DNA of 64,000 nt from Octopus sinensis. Lineage: Eukaryota. A program made the position numbers and the translations under genes. Shown here piece after piece: positions 26,868-41,348 of this stretch (its first letter is position 1; the number at the start of each line of letters is the position of its first letter). Location of the stretch: positions 125,798,001-125,862,000 of the forward strand of contig NC_043000.1 in assembly GCF_006345805.1 (NCBI RefSeq). The letters run 5' to 3'. The notes under the pieces are model-generated. The model was given only the letters and a program-made list of their open reading frames with translations, did no database searches and was not told the origin of the DNA.

Positions 26868-29800
26868 ATTTGGAGATAGCAGTCCCCTAATATACATCAC
26901 ACCATTTAAAAGAATTTTATTTTAATCATTTCTAAATTTCTCTGCTACACATGTTCCTTGAGGTTCTTTTACCGTTCCTTAAACATGCAGTTTTTTACAG
27001 GAACATTTCTTAAACGCTACCCTAATCGTCAGGACTCTTGATAACTTTATTATCATGCAATACCAATTTCTATATTTTGGTATTTTAACAATTACGAATG
27101 TAATTAACAGACAAATGTGATGCCAGAATTTTTATTCCCTAATAAATAAAATATATATATATAAGGCTCATAGTACTCTTAGCATAGTGTTACTCCTTTT
27201 ACACTAGAGATACATAAGGCAGTCTGTTGCAAATTCTGAGACAGCATTACATTTTCACTTATCCCCCTGATAAATTTGGGTTGTCCTTGTTACATTTATT
27301 GATCAATATGGTTTTCATTGGGTTTTTTTTCTCTGTTGTTTTTTTGGCTTATTTAGCAAATATGACTCTCATTAGGTTTTCACTCAGATCAATTTTGAAG
27401 TTATTTATTTCTGAAAGGAGACGAATTTACTGTTTATCACGCAAGATAAAAGAATTATAAATTACTAACAATTATACATGAATAGGTGTTCGCAAGTTAA
27501 AATCTAATTAAAAAAAAAAGGAAAACATGATATGATCAGCAGCTTCCAGAGGGAACCAGTAGAAATGAAAAAAAAAAAATATCATTATCTGCATCATTGT
27601 TCTGGTACATCTTCATTGCACTCTTTCACATCTTTTATAACATTCGTATGTTTGTACTTAGGTTTCGGTGTTCAGTTTACATTTCATGGAAACAGCTTAG
27701 AGTAGTAATTCCTCTCGTTTCTAAAGAATGACTTCATTATTAATAAGTTGATATTGCTCATGCACAAATATTTTTTGATAATAACTTTACGAAGTTCCCA
27801 ATGCATTGTTTTTGCTGTTTGTTTCTACCAGGCATGTAAACACTGGAGTTGTGAATATATAATGTGTAATTGTATTATCTGAGACACAATGAGTTGTGCT
27901 TCGGGAAATTTGAAACCAAAGCCTATTGCAATCCAGTGTGCTATCATTTATAATAGTAAACTCAGAGTACCGTTAATTTTGGTAACACTTTATTCATAAT
28001 GCAAAACTGCAAGTAATTAAGAAGCTCGCCAGAGTGAAATTTTTTTCAGTCACATTGATCCATTACTTACCTCTGTTTTCCATAGTATGGTGTAGAGGAG
28101 TAGTAACATTCCTCTACATTGGTATATTGGTAATTGATTTTCTCATGCGAAGCAAATTCCTTAACCATGCAACCAGACATGTAATTATCGTCATCACTTT
28201 AACATCTGCTATTCTATGCTTTCATTGGTTGGTTAGATGGAGTTTACTGAGCAAGATTTGTCTATGGCTGGATGCCCTTCCTGTTGCCAGCCCTTCCCTG
28301 CTTCCAAGAGAGATCCTATTTCTCTATGGCCACTCATTTACAACACACACACTCACACATACACATGATGGGCTTCTTTCAGTTTCCATCTACCAAATCC
28401 ATTCACAAGGCTTTGGTCAGCCTGGGGCTATAAAAGACACTTGCCTAAGCTGCCATGCAGTGAGACTGAACCTGAAACAATGTGGTAAGGAAGCAAGCTT
28501 CTTAACCACACAGCCATGCTTGTGTATATGTATATTCAAAAGACTATGCTAGTCTTTTAAATACTACCAATAATATAAAGTTTTTTTCCTATCTACTAAG
28601 CATGCTAAAACTACTGACTTTTCTGTATTTCCATGGTCATTGCTCTGATCCACTTCCTGGTCTCATGCCCTCTCTCAAGACCTTTAAACACATTGACCCC
28701 GCCTCTTTCTCATTGTTTCTCTGATGGCCTCCCTGTTGGTCATAAGTCCTTTTGTTCTAATAGCGTTTTTCCTTGAACTACAGCTCTCTACAACTCATGA
28801 CCATCCTCTGTCAATCAACATCTTTTGAATTTGTAAGCCCCTTCTTTTCTTTCTTTGTTGTCCCTTACACTTCAGTGGCCTCAAGCCTTGTTTGGGACAA
28901 GTTACATAAAAAAAGAAAAAGTTGTTGCTAAGGTTCATTGTTGTTATTACAAGGCATGTGAAGAAGCATTGGGGTTTCAGCCAAGTTTCCTATTGTTGAC
29001 TGCTTATGTCCATAATATTTACTTTTAGTGATGACAAATTTATGAAATCACTATACTTCATTGAGAACATCATTTGGTAACTTTTTTTGCATTGTGGTTT
29101 GATTAACATAACGTTAGCCTATTTCTGTTTGTGCTCTATAAGGTGGTTGTGTTTGGAAACCCTGCCAAAACAGACAGTGAAACCTGGTGCAGTCTTCTGC
29201 CTAGCCAATCCCTGTCAAGTTGCCCAACCCATGCCAGCATGTGAAACAGCTATTAAATGATGATGATGATGATGCTTGTCCCTCTGTCATACTTTAGCCT
29301 TCAACACCTGGGATGAAATAACCTCTCCCTTTCTCAAATACACTCCCATTCAGCCAAGAGGGATTTTTTTTTTCTTTTCTTTTCTTTATTTTGTCTTGCA
29401 AGTTACTTGGTAACCTTGCTTGTCATGAAAAAAGTTTCCAGTACACACTGTAAAAGTGGTTAGTGTTTGGAAGGGCATCCAACCATAGAGCCCTGATGAA
29501 GCTGACATTGGGGCCTGACACAGCTCTGCAGCTTGTCAGACTCTAACCAACCCATGCCAGCATGGAAAATGAATGTTAAAAAATGTTAATAATGAATCTC
29601 ATAGACCACCCAGCTAAAGTGTGGAACTTTTGAGTAATATCATATTTATTTATATGGATAGATGGTCATAATGAATGCTTTTGTTCTAATAGCAATGCAG
29701 ATGACAAGTCTGTTTGTGCATAATTTACACACCTAAGTATACATAAATCTTTCTTCAATTTCTCATATGGGAACACAGTATATCATCCAATGCATTCTGT

Positions 29801-30587
29801 TTTTGGCATTTTCTTGAGTGTTTCCACCAGTCTTTTGGTAATTTTCAGCTTCAGCATGTAAAATTCTCTCTCACCACCAATTTCATGCTCTTCAGCATTT
29901 TCAATGACACGCAACTTGAAACCAGCCTTCTAATTTTTTTTTTTTTTTGTTCAAAGTTTCCATGATTAAGATTCTTGTCATTTTTCACAAAGACAAAAAT
30001 TTTGTAACGTTTCTTCCAACAAATCTGTGCATTAATAATTGAGAAGTTTAAACAGACATAAACATGTGCATTGTCACAGAAAAGTTAGTTTTGTAGCAGA
30101 ATTGAATTATGATTATCTTTGAAGGTGATATATACCATCATCATATATTTGTTTGCAACGCCAATATTCATATACTTGATAGAATGGCACAACCAACTAC
30201 CTTACAAGCTCAATCATTTGCCAGTGTGTGTGTGTGCTGCACATTTTGAGCCTATAACATGGTTTTATATATGGGGTTTTCACATCCTCTTTCTAAGAAA
30301 ACAGTCTGCAACAAATCTACAAATATATACAACAGTACATCAGATATGAAATCAGTGGCAGTGACCCAACTATTAAAATGTTATCACAAAGTTATCAAAA
30401 AATTTATTTAGCAACAATTACAAGATGTTCTAAGACAATTGGCATGGTTCCTTTAATTTGTTCCTGTATGTGTTGAGAAAGTAAACAAGTGCATGTGGTA
30501 CCGCAGGGCTATAGTGCAGGAAAATACCAATTGATCATGAAAAAAATTAGAATAGTTTTAGATCACGTCTGTGAACTTTTATTTTTA

Positions 30588-30809
30588 TTAGGCTGTCCGG
30601 AAAGTTTATGCCAATTATTAAAGGAAAGAAAAAATGGGAAGGTCAATAAATACTTTCCATTACATTTTTAATCAACCAAATATGAACCATTTTGTTGCAC
30701 AATCTTTCCTTTAACTTGAAAATACTCTCTTCCCAGAATTGAGGTGCCTGGGAGGGTAAGTTGAAAGGTAAGCTACTATAAATCGGCATGAACTTTCTGG
30801 ACAACCCAA
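30588..30809. mobile_element. Mariner-type MITE / deletion derivative
   Basis: TIRs ttaggctgtccggaaagtttatgccaatt / aatcggcatgaactttctggacaacccaa (about 29 bp, few mismatches), flanked by TA on both sides. Confidence 0.85.
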
Positions 30810-32295
30810 TATTTGGCAAGCTGTCGTGTTAGTATGCTTGGAGTCATGAGTATTGCTGCTATGTAGGATATCGAGTGATTTATGACTAGAATTTATAATT
30901 GTTTCTAATTCTTTCCTGAGTGGAATAAACTTTTGGGATCAGATGTCATCTCACTGTTCTAGAAATCTGAAATGGCACTTGGACTTTGATGTCAAAGCGG
31001 TGATGAGAGTTCCTACAGTTTATATTGTAAGATCAGCAACACTTAATTTATCCCCTTATGAATTCAGAAATAAAACTGGTAAAGAAAAGAACAGTGGAAT
31101 AAATTTTATGCCAAGAATTAGAGACATCCTGTGTTTCAGGCAAAATCTTTTAGCAATTGGTGGTGAAGGAAATATAACTGGGATTTGTAAGAGAATGGAG
31201 ACGAAAGAAGTGTTAATAGAGGGCAGGGATAGCTGAGAGACAGGGAATAGAATTAACACCAGCATATTTTGAAAATGAGGGGAATGGAAGGAAGAAGTTA
31301 GGAATACATCATGTGAAAGTATGTTTCAGAGATGACTTCTATCAGAAAAGAGTCTGTTACCAAATTCATTTTAATGAAATTAGGATCCTACTACTGATAA
31401 AGATTAGCCCAAACAAATATGTGAAGTTTGCTAATCCACTGACTCAAGAAGGCAAACTGTTAGTGTAAACTCTACAAGCTTTACCAAGTTCAGTGTCATG
31501 TTTTATAATATCAAAGTAATTATTAAAAACTTACCTTTGAAATCTTAAACTTTAAAGCTATTGTGTATTATGTTTTTAAAAAAAGAAGTATTTAAATTTC
31601 ATAATTTACAATAGTTGAATTAATGCTAAAGTTACTTATTGTAAAAGTGAGAGAATCTCTGAACTTGTTAGCATAAAGAAATGTGCTATTAGGGAGTCAA
31701 ATGTTAATATTTGTTATGTTGAGGGTTCTGCCAAGGTCACCTCTGCTTTTCATCCTTTCAGGGTTAGTAAAACAGATACCAGTCAAGCACTGGGGTCAAC
31801 ATAATCAACTTACTCCTTCTCTTAAATTATTGACAATATGTCAGTAATTTCAGAGGAGGGGGAAGTTTGAAAATAACATTTATTATGTACAAATAAAAAA
31901 AGAACTACAGCCATCACTTAAAAGTATGACTCAGTGCCATATGCCATGCTTCACTAACTATTTTAGGTGCCTGTGTTGTGAGCAGAAAGACACTTTCTTA
32001 ATTCTCCAATCCTTGACTCAAAACATCAGGAATGTGACAGCTGAAAAGAGAAATTGTTTGCACTGGCAATTAGTTGGTACTCATTTATAGCTGAGTAAAC
32101 CAGGACAATCACCCAAGAACACAATGTGCCCCACTCCAGAAGTCAAACACATAAGCTTCTGACTGAGGGCCCAATACTCCCTAACTGCTAGGCCATATGT
32201 CTTCACCTATATTTAACTAAGCCAATTATTTGAAAGATGTATGTTGGTACACTATGAATTTAACAAGTGACCAGATTAACTGTACATGTGAATCT

Positions 32296-32350
<55 letters not shown>

Positions 32351-35300
32351 CCCCTCTCTCTCTCTCTCTCTCAGTAAGACAGACTTTTTTTAAGAGATTA
32401 ACAACAATTTTGCACATAATCCCAAAAACATAAAGGTATAAAAAAAAGTTTGGGCTCAATAAGAAATTAATTCTCTCAGTTTCCCACATATTAAACAAAA
32501 TTTATCTCAGGTTTATAAATTCAGAATATACTTCAAAAATTATACAGTATCAAACCATTTTAAATATTATAGATGGTAGAGTTTTTTGTTTTTATTTGGA
32601 GTGTTATTTATGTTCTGAAATCTGAGTAAATTTAATATCAGAAAAAAATTGGAACACTTTTGTGCTATGTTTGAAAAGATTTGAGGGATTCTGAATTAAC
32701 CTGAATATTTCTTACAATTTTAGTATCAAGGAATCAGTTCCTTGAAACTGGTTGACATTTTATTAGGTTTTCATGCACTTGGGAAATTTGTTTAATTTTG
32801 AAGTTTTTCTGTGATGGTAGGAAAATTGGTGATTTTTTTTTTCAGCCAAGACTTTCTTTGTTTTCCCTTCCTTTTTACTTAATTTGTTCTCAGTATGGTG
32901 CCATTAGGATTTCAAAGGCTTTATTGCTTTGATGCATAAATTACAAGATAACAGAAATCATTATTAGTGCATGTGCCAAGATTTTCCATTGAAAAATGTA
33001 CACTGAAGCTTTCATGGAACTATCTTGCAGGGCATCCTTCCAGTGTTTCTCTTTTTCTCAAATACGAGTACCACTTTGTACCTGAGAATAAGTGCTGTTG
33101 GGAAAAAGCATGTGTAATATCCAGCTGAGTGAAACTGGCTTCCCATTTGTTTGTTGTGTTATATCCACCACAGACAGACATTTGCTACTCACAGAAAAAA
33201 AAATTAAAGATGAACGAACAGTTGTTGTCAGATTCTAAATATGCAATCTCTGCTTAGTGCCAAATGTGTCTATGTTTGGGATTGTCGAAAGTGAGAGGTA
33301 AAACAAAGAAGAAATCTCCTACTGAATGTCATAGATCTTTTGTTTTGACACCTGCCATATTATCTTTATAGTTTCCTACAAAGAATTAAGGTATATCGAC
33401 TTTATCTACATTTTTCAAAACAAAATTGCTTATGGAAATAAGTATGCCATATTATTGTAGCTAAAGTTCAAATCAGAAATAATTTTCCCCTTCTATAAAA
33501 TGTATCTTAAATTTATATTTATATCTTTTTCATTAATGAGAATAGATAAGTTTATTTCGTTTGTGGCTACATTTTTGTTTTATATTTCTCATTCCATGGT
33601 CTTATTTCTATATCTTTTTTTAATTTCTTTTATTTTATTTAAAAGAAGAAAAAAAAACCTTCATTCATCTTTCCAACCCAAAGAACTTCTTTGAAATATA
33701 TTTTAAATGTCACCATTAAGGATTGATTCAGCTAAACTATCTTCAACAGCTTTTTAGCTGTCTGTCTTTCTTTCTTTCTCTCTTTCTTAATTTCAACACT
33801 GACTTGTAGCTAGCTTTGGCAAAAATTATTCCTCTCTTAACACAACCAACTACTGCAGCATTAGATGTCTGAGTAACTTTTTGAAGCCAATGCAAGAAAA
33901 ACTTTTTTTCTCTCTGTTGATTTTTATTCTGCACTTGCCTGTTTCAAATTACAGAATTGAGAGACCAGATCAATAATTTTGTCGGTTTGGGTTCCAATGA
34001 AATAGAACAAATTTTCTTGGTGATTTTTATTTTTTTATTTTTACTATCGTTATTATTTTGTTTCATTTTCTTTACATTCTATTAGTTCGCTTTAATGATT
34101 TTTAGCTAAAACTTCAATCTGAACATTAATAAATTGAAAATGGTATATACAATTTATGACAACATACAATGAATTCAAAGTCTTCATTGTTAAAATCTTA
34201 AAGAGAAAAAACAAGGAAGTTTGTGAATATTTGTTAGTATGTTGTATAACATAGCTTTTAAAGTATCTTGTTGAATATAAGGGGTGGGAACTTAGAGAAG
34301 GTACCAGTGAATTAATTAAACATAACAAACATTGGTAATTCATTATTATTATTATGATTATTGTTATTATTATCACTATTATTATTGTTATTATTATTAC
34401 TACTATTATCATATGGGAGATGTTAGATAGGCATTTATTGCAAATGTATTCATTTTTACCTATTTTCTCCTAACTGAATCAGAATTTATTACCATCAGTT
34501 GTTGTTGTTGTTGTAAGCGTTTGAATAATTTCCATTGATTCTTTCATGTTCTGTGACCCGAAAGTCATTGAAATAAAATTTGATGGCGTTTTGAATAGCA
34601 AACTCAGTTTACATCCTGCCTAAGAGTTCATTGAAATACTATCTGATATCATTTTCATTAATGTAATGATTAATCCCAGATTGTTTTAATTACATCACTT
34701 GATGTTCTGCAATTATGGGTTTTTCCCCCATTCATATTTCTGTGAAGTTTCATGTGCAATTTACTCCAGTGGCTTTATTGTTGGGCTTCCTTGTGTCTAT
34801 AAAGTATTTGTGTTCACTACAGAGACCATTTTATACAATTTGTTGTGGCTTTCATATCACGTGCTTCTACTTTCTTTCAAGGCCCTTTCCTCTTCTTTAA
34901 TGATGAATTTTAAAGATGGCCTTGTTGTGAATAGGGAAGGATTACTGTGACAGTATTGGAATTTAGAATGGTTAAAACAGGCACATTTTTAAGTGACTAG
35001 TCTTTTATTAAAAACATCATCTTTTTCAAAATATTTCTCACTTTTATACACACACCACACACACACACACACTGACTTAAACAAAATCACTTTTAAGTAG
35101 TGTATTGACAGTGAAAAATTGACTATATTTTTCTTGCTTACAATATCTCATGTTAAGAATGAATTTCCTTAAAAGTCTCCAATATAATACAAATTTCTTT
35201 TTAATTGCAGAACAGAAAATAAAATACTGCCATGCAAAAAATAAATTTTAAAAAAAATTTAATAGCCCACAAAAAAACAAAATAAAAATGCACATCATAT

Positions 35301-36088
35301 TTCAGTGCGGTCTTCATTCTCTTTTATTGAAAGATTTGTCATTTTCTTATTTGTTGATCATGCGGAGTTGAATATATATCTAGAAATATTGAGACAAGTT
35401 TAGTTTGTCAAAGAAAAGCTGCTTATACCAAGATATGGCATTTTCCATTAAGTGATTTCCATTTAATGGGCCATCATAGAACATACTTTCTTGGCAATTG
35501 TCATTGACAAATGCTAAATCACTCTGCAAGTTTCTTCATAGTTAGCAGTTTACCCATTTATAGTAAAGTGCTGGCATTTTCATTCGATAAATAATAATAA
35601 TAATAAGTACAACAATAACATATTAGTGTTGTTCACGTTACTGTTCTTATTATACTCCCCCTCTATTATTATGCTCTGAGATGTTTTACTTTTCAATTCT
35701 ATCTACATTGTTACTTCACATAAAATGAGTCTTGTTATGCCATCATGGGAATTGAGACGTAAAGTTATTTGGTGATGGTGGTTATGTTAGCAATAAAAAT
35801 TTTTGCTAAATATTCTTCGTTCTTTCTGCACCTCTTTTTAATAGAACACTTGGTTATTGATTCTATGATTCTGTATTTTGTTTAGTATTACCTTTGGACC
35901 TCATGGGATATTTCAATATGTTATCTTAAAATATAAGAACATCGGAGTTGGTACGGCTATATGATTAAGAAGTTTACAATGCAACCATGTGGTTCTGCAT
36001 GCTGTAGGTCTTTGGTTGACCAATATCTTGTGAGTGAAACTTGTTTGGCAGAAACTGTGCTGAAGCCCATCATGTGCGTGTGCGTGCA

Positions 36089-36304
36089 TGAGTAGTGCTG
36101 AAAAGTTCCTGGCTTTGGGTAAAAGAAAATACAGGAGGATCAGTTAATTATGATTTTATTCAACATATTTCCCTCTCAGATTTACACACTTATTGCAGTG
36201 GACCTTCAGTTTTTCTCAGCCCTGTAAAAGAACTCGGAAGGCTGGGTCTCCACCCAGGCTTTTCACGATACCCTGAAAGCCAGGAACTTTTCAGCACCCC
36301 CTCA
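36089..36304. mobile_element. Mariner-type MITE
   Basis: TIRs gagtagtgctgaaaagttcctggcttt / aaagccaggaacttttcagcaccccctc. Confidence 0.82.
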
Positions 36305-36977
36305 TGTAAGTGTGTGTGTATGATGTACGTATGTGTATACAAATATATACATACACACTCACACGCACATACACACACACACGCACATATATATATATCA
36401 TCATCATCATCATTGTTTAACGTCCACTTTCCATGCTAGCATGGGTTGGATGATTTGTCTGAGGACTGGCGCACCAGATGGCTGTACCAGGCTCCAATCT
36501 TGATCTAGCAGAGTTTCTACAGCTGGATGCTCTTCCTAATGCCAACCACTCTGTGAGTGTAGTGGGTATTTTTACATGCCACCAGCACGAGGGCCAGTCA
36601 GACGGTATATATATATATATATAAAGGTAATATTTATCCCCACTTAAAAGTGGATGCTGTGTTAGAACACTGATAATTATCATAGAAACTATCTTGTGGA
36701 ATTTTGGAGCATACAAGCCCTCTTGTTTATATCGCCAGGAGGAGATAAGTCAACCACCATCACCCTTGAGACTACCAGATCACATGATTTCAACTTTCCT
36801 TGGCCTTGGCAATGGTAGACACCCAACTGCTGGAAATAGCAGCAATGCCTCCACTAGCGACATACATAAAACCTCAGTACCTAATCAGGCATTGGTGTTG
36901 CAAATAGCCAGTGAGCATATTAAAAAATAATTAGAAGTGACTGAAGCAGTATTAATAAGCCATGTTACCTATACATA

Positions 36978-37345
36978 TAAGCACAGGTGTAGCTGTGTGA
37001 AGAAGCTTGCTTCCTAAACACATGGTTTTGGGTTCAGTCTCACTGCGTGGAACCTTGGGCAAGTGTCTTCAACTATAGCCTCAGATCAACCAAAGCCTTG
37101 TGAGTGGATTTGGTAGACAGAAACTCAAAGAAGCCCATTGCAAATATTTATATATTTATATTTGTGTGTGTGTGTGTGTGTCCATCGCTTGACAACTGAT
37201 GTTGGTGTGTTTACATCCCCAAAACTTAGTGGTTCAAAAGAGACCAATAGAATAAGTACTAGGCTTAGAAAGAATAAGTCCTGGGTTCGATTTCTTCGAC
37301 TGAAGGTGGTGCTCCAGCATGGTCACAGTCAAATGACTGAAACAG
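36978..37345 (+). mobile_element. SINE family A copy
   Basis: All family A blocks are present in order. Confidence 0.88.
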
Positions 37346-38041
37346 ATATAAGAATACACACACACATACACGCACATTCACTTCAATAAACATAACATAC
37401 ACTTGCAGGTCTAAAGATAAACCTGTGTAGTTATTAAGTAGGATAAATAGATTTGTACGTAACTATATTGTAAATGATAAATGTTGAAAATACTGAAACA
37501 CATGTACAGTCATCAAGTAAAATAAATTAATTTATACATTACTATATTCTGAATAACAAACATAATATAAATTACTTTAGTGTATTTATATGTAAATAAC
37601 CAGTATTACCTTTATATCTTTTTACTAGTCTTGTGTTTGTTTTGCAGATTTGTGATGTGTTTTTCCAGTCCTCGTGTTTGTTTGAATGTTGTTCTCCTTT
37701 TATCATTTCAAGTTGGTTTAGGATTGTTTTGTTTTCTTTACTGCCAAACACTCACTCATACATCTTCTTTGATGGGAGATTCCATCGTGTGTGTCTGTCT
37801 GTATGTATGTATGTATGTATGTGTGTGTGTGTGTGTGTGTGAATATATTACTTACGTACCTTTAGATGGCATGACAAATAGCCATTTATTTAGAACTCAA
37901 CATATTTCATTACACTCCAACGCATACGCTTTCAAGAATGTATTCTTACTTTTACATACACACACACACATATTTATAAGATACAGTTGTATAGGCTGTA
38001 ATGAACATAGAGTGAAAATACAAGGAAAACGGCTGCTTTGA

Positions 38042-38240
38042 TTTAATTATTTCATTCTTTCCACACATTTCACTAATGCCTTAGTAGTAGCAGCTATACA
38101 ATTAGTTATGTAAGAGTCATCGAAGCTATCACATCTTCAGAAGACAAATGATCAAACGAAACTTAATCTTATATAACTAAATACTTTATTGCTATCACTA
38201 ACGCTTTACTGTAACATGTATAAAGAATGAAATAATTAAA
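38042..38240. repeat. Old diverged fold-back element
   Basis: Terminal 19-bp perfect inverted repeat tttaattatttcattcttt. An inner pair, tagttatgtaaga (38103-15) / tcttatataacta (38167-79), lies on the same symmetry axis. Confidence 0.75.
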
Positions 38241-38374
38241 GTAGTTGTTTTTCTTATTCAATCAGTGTGTGTTTATGTTTACTAGTCTAAACTGGTGTTG
38301 AGTTGCTTCCCCTTATGTAACAGTTTCTGTACCTTAGTCTTTCAATTGAGACTGATAAAATGGCTTAAAGTAAG

Positions 38375-38710
38375 TGAAAGCACATGGGTCAGTGGTTAGA
38401 GCATCGGGCTCACAGTCATGAAGTAGTGAGTTTGATTCCCAGATGAAGCTGTGTGTTGTGTTGTGTTCTTGAGCAAGACACTTTATTTCATGTTGCTCCA
38501 GTTCACTCAGCTGTAGAAATGAGTCGCAATGTCACTGGTGCCAAGCTGTGTCAGCCTTTGCCTTTCCCTTGGATAACATGAATGGTGTGGAGAGAGGAGG
38601 TTGGTATTTATGGCTGACTGTTGGTCTTCCTCAAAGAAACTTGTCTGGACTTGTACCTCAGAGAAACTTTCTAAGTGCAATCCCATGGCCATTCATGACC
38701 TAAGGGGTCT
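38375..38710 (+). mobile_element. tRNA-derived SINE, family F, with a CORE/V-like central block
   Basis: Head tgggtcagtggttagagcatcgggctcac..gagtttgattcccag, then ttgagcaagacactttatttcatgttgctccagttcactcagctgtagaaatg. The domain name is tentative. Confidence 0.65.
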
Positions 38711-39330
38711 ATTTTAAATACTATGGTCAATATAACTGATTAAAACCCTTAACTTTTTAGCATACAGATGACCCTGTCAAGTGTAAGCCTTATTTATTCA
38801 CAGTGTTTTGAATTAATCTTGCATTATCTAACAGCTTTGAGATTTTGAGGTTGTGATTGTTTATTTTTAGAATGACATTGTTGGGTATGTGTAAGAGGCC
38901 AGCTTTAGCCAGTTTGAACATAAAACAAGTAGAATATTTGGGGCTGGATATGGCCAGTTAAATACTAAAAGGTTAATACTCAGCATGGTCACAGTCATAG
39001 AAACCAATAAAATATTATTGCAGTAGTTTTAAATTGAAGCCTGCTGTTGTTAGGAGCTCCTCCTCCTCTTCCTCCTTTCCTCTGCCTCTTAATGTATGAC
39101 CTTTTCACGTTTATGAACCAGTATTTTCTACAAGTGTTACTTTTCTATCAGCAAGAAGCACTGTATGACATGAGCAAACAGTTTCGAACAAATAAACCAT
39201 TAGAACATTTCAATGATTTTGGTTTGTAACATTAAAGAATAATTTAATTTCATATTCGTTAGCTGTGTTCTCACCTTGGTATAATAAAGAAAATTACTGT
39301 GTTTTAGTCTTTTGAAACCTGGGGGCAGCT

Positions 39331-39366
<36 letters not shown>

Positions 39367-39951
39367 ACACATTGCATGTCTGTCTGCCTGAAAAACTGTT
39401 CATTTATATCCAGGTTATAACTTTGCCTCTAACCTTCTTTTGTTGTGTTTCTCTTGAGATTTAGTTAATAGCAATTTTTGAAACTAAATAAAAGATACAT
39501 ATATATACAAAATAAAATGGAATAAAATAAACGTTCAAATTTGAACAATCATTTCTAACAATGTACAACTGAGGTGGTTGACTGTATCTACTTTATCTTT
39601 GTCTCTTAGGGAATAGAATTATTAATTTATATATACTTTTTTTTTATATATATATCAACTATGTGTAAATACGATGGAGACGTTTTAGTAGTTGAAGTCC
39701 TTAGAAAATAAATACCCTGCAGTCATCCTTAAAATTGCAGTTTAGTGGATAAATACAAAAACCTGTTGTCTTAATTTGGTTTTATTGGTAATGTCAGTGA
39801 GAGAAAATGTCATAACATTCAATTTAAGTACAGTTTACAAATGTTTCTCACCTTCCTTGTAGTGTCTTACTGCTTCTAACCATTTATTCAATTTTACTTC
39901 CTGAAATGTGCCAGTGTGACACCATCTTAAATTGAAGGCTTTCCTTTATTG

Positions 39952-39983
<32 letters not shown>

Positions 39984-40559
39984 GTTCAAATGGTTTCTGA
40001 AAAGTACAAGAAAGAATATGTGTGTGTTTTTTGCTTAACTTCTATCACTGAAAATATTTAAAAGTTTTTTCCAACACCAAGTCAGCCCTGACCAAATGTT
40101 CCACCCATGACCATCCAGTCTATTTGTGCCTCTAAAACTAGATTGTTCAATGTGTCCTTCATTTTTTTTTTTAAAGACGGAGTGTGAGTTGAGATTTGGT
40201 TGCTATGTTTAGCAGATATAGCAACCTTTCCAGTAAATTCACAGTGTACATCTAATAAAGACATGTAGCCTTGTAATTAGGGTGTTGGGTTCGTGTTCAT
40301 AAGGTTGTAGGTTCAATTATTTGACCAGGCAATGCCTTGTATCCTTCAGCCAGTCTACTTAGCCAATAATGAGGATCAGCTGAGCGCTAGTACAGCCCTC
40401 TTGAACTTTAGCTCTTGGTGTTCTGCTAGATGAAAGGTGGGACATCCAGGAGAGGCTCTACGACATAAGATATTAAAATGTCTTTATTGCCTCAGCTGTA
40501 TTTCTACTCCTTGGTCAAGCTGCCAAAGTACCCTTTATTCTTTATCCTTGTTTCAGTTG

Positions 40560-41050
40560 TTGGACTGCAGCCATGCTGGAGCACTGCCTTAATTTTATTT
40601 TCTTTCAGTTTTGTTGTTGCTTTATTACTGAAATTGGTCTATGATTCAGTTTGTAGCAGCTGATCTTCCCTTGAGTGTATCCTTGAATGGTTGGTTGGCC
40701 TGATATCATCATTAGGAGTTCACCCAATGTTTTTTTATCTTTTTTTTTTTTTTATGTTTCAGTAGAGGTCTCTTTTATATTTCTGATTTCTTTAGGTATG
40801 CAGTTGAACAGTTGAGAACCTCTAAATATCAAACTGCTACAATATAGTATTTTTTGCTTGTGATTTTGAAGGTGGTAACTGCATTCAAGACTGCCGCCCC
40901 CTTGTGAGCCTGTAATAGCCACAGCAGATGCTGCACAACCATCAGCAGCTGACCACAAAATTCTCCACATTCAGATCCATGGTCTTTGAAGACTGACAGA
41001 TAACTATCATATCAAAGATGTTATTTCTGGAAGCTGACAGAATCTCTCAG
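40560..41050 (-). mobile_element. CR1/L2-group LINE 3' fragment
   Basis: Minus strand reads SLQRPWI.MWRIL...SSLIFRGSQLFNCIPKEIRNIK...LGELLMMISGQPTIQGYTQGRSAATN.IIDQ, typical of the RT C-terminus of this LINE group. Confidence 0.65.
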
Positions 41051-41348
41051 TTCATGCATTAAAATTCTCTCCGTACACTATTGAGTTATAAATTCCATTC
41101 TTCCTGTATATTGAATAAGAATACATTTCAGATGCTTTGGAGTTGTTTGGTCCTCTTTTGCCATCTATAACTTCAGGCCTTTTAGCCTTCTTGTTGGTTT
41201 GTTATCTAAATGTGCTATAGTATGGTGCATCAATCCCTTTGATATTAAGCTGCCTAAGACCACCTTTCATTTTATGATACAATCTCCATTTTATAAAGTG
41301 ATCTAAATCAAACCTTTCAATCAAAATTTCATGTTAATAGATTTTTTA

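Noticed and set aside
30943-31310. 97-aa ORF MSSHCSRNLK... with faint RTE-like words
   Set aside because: Too degenerate to assign; no diagnostic motif.
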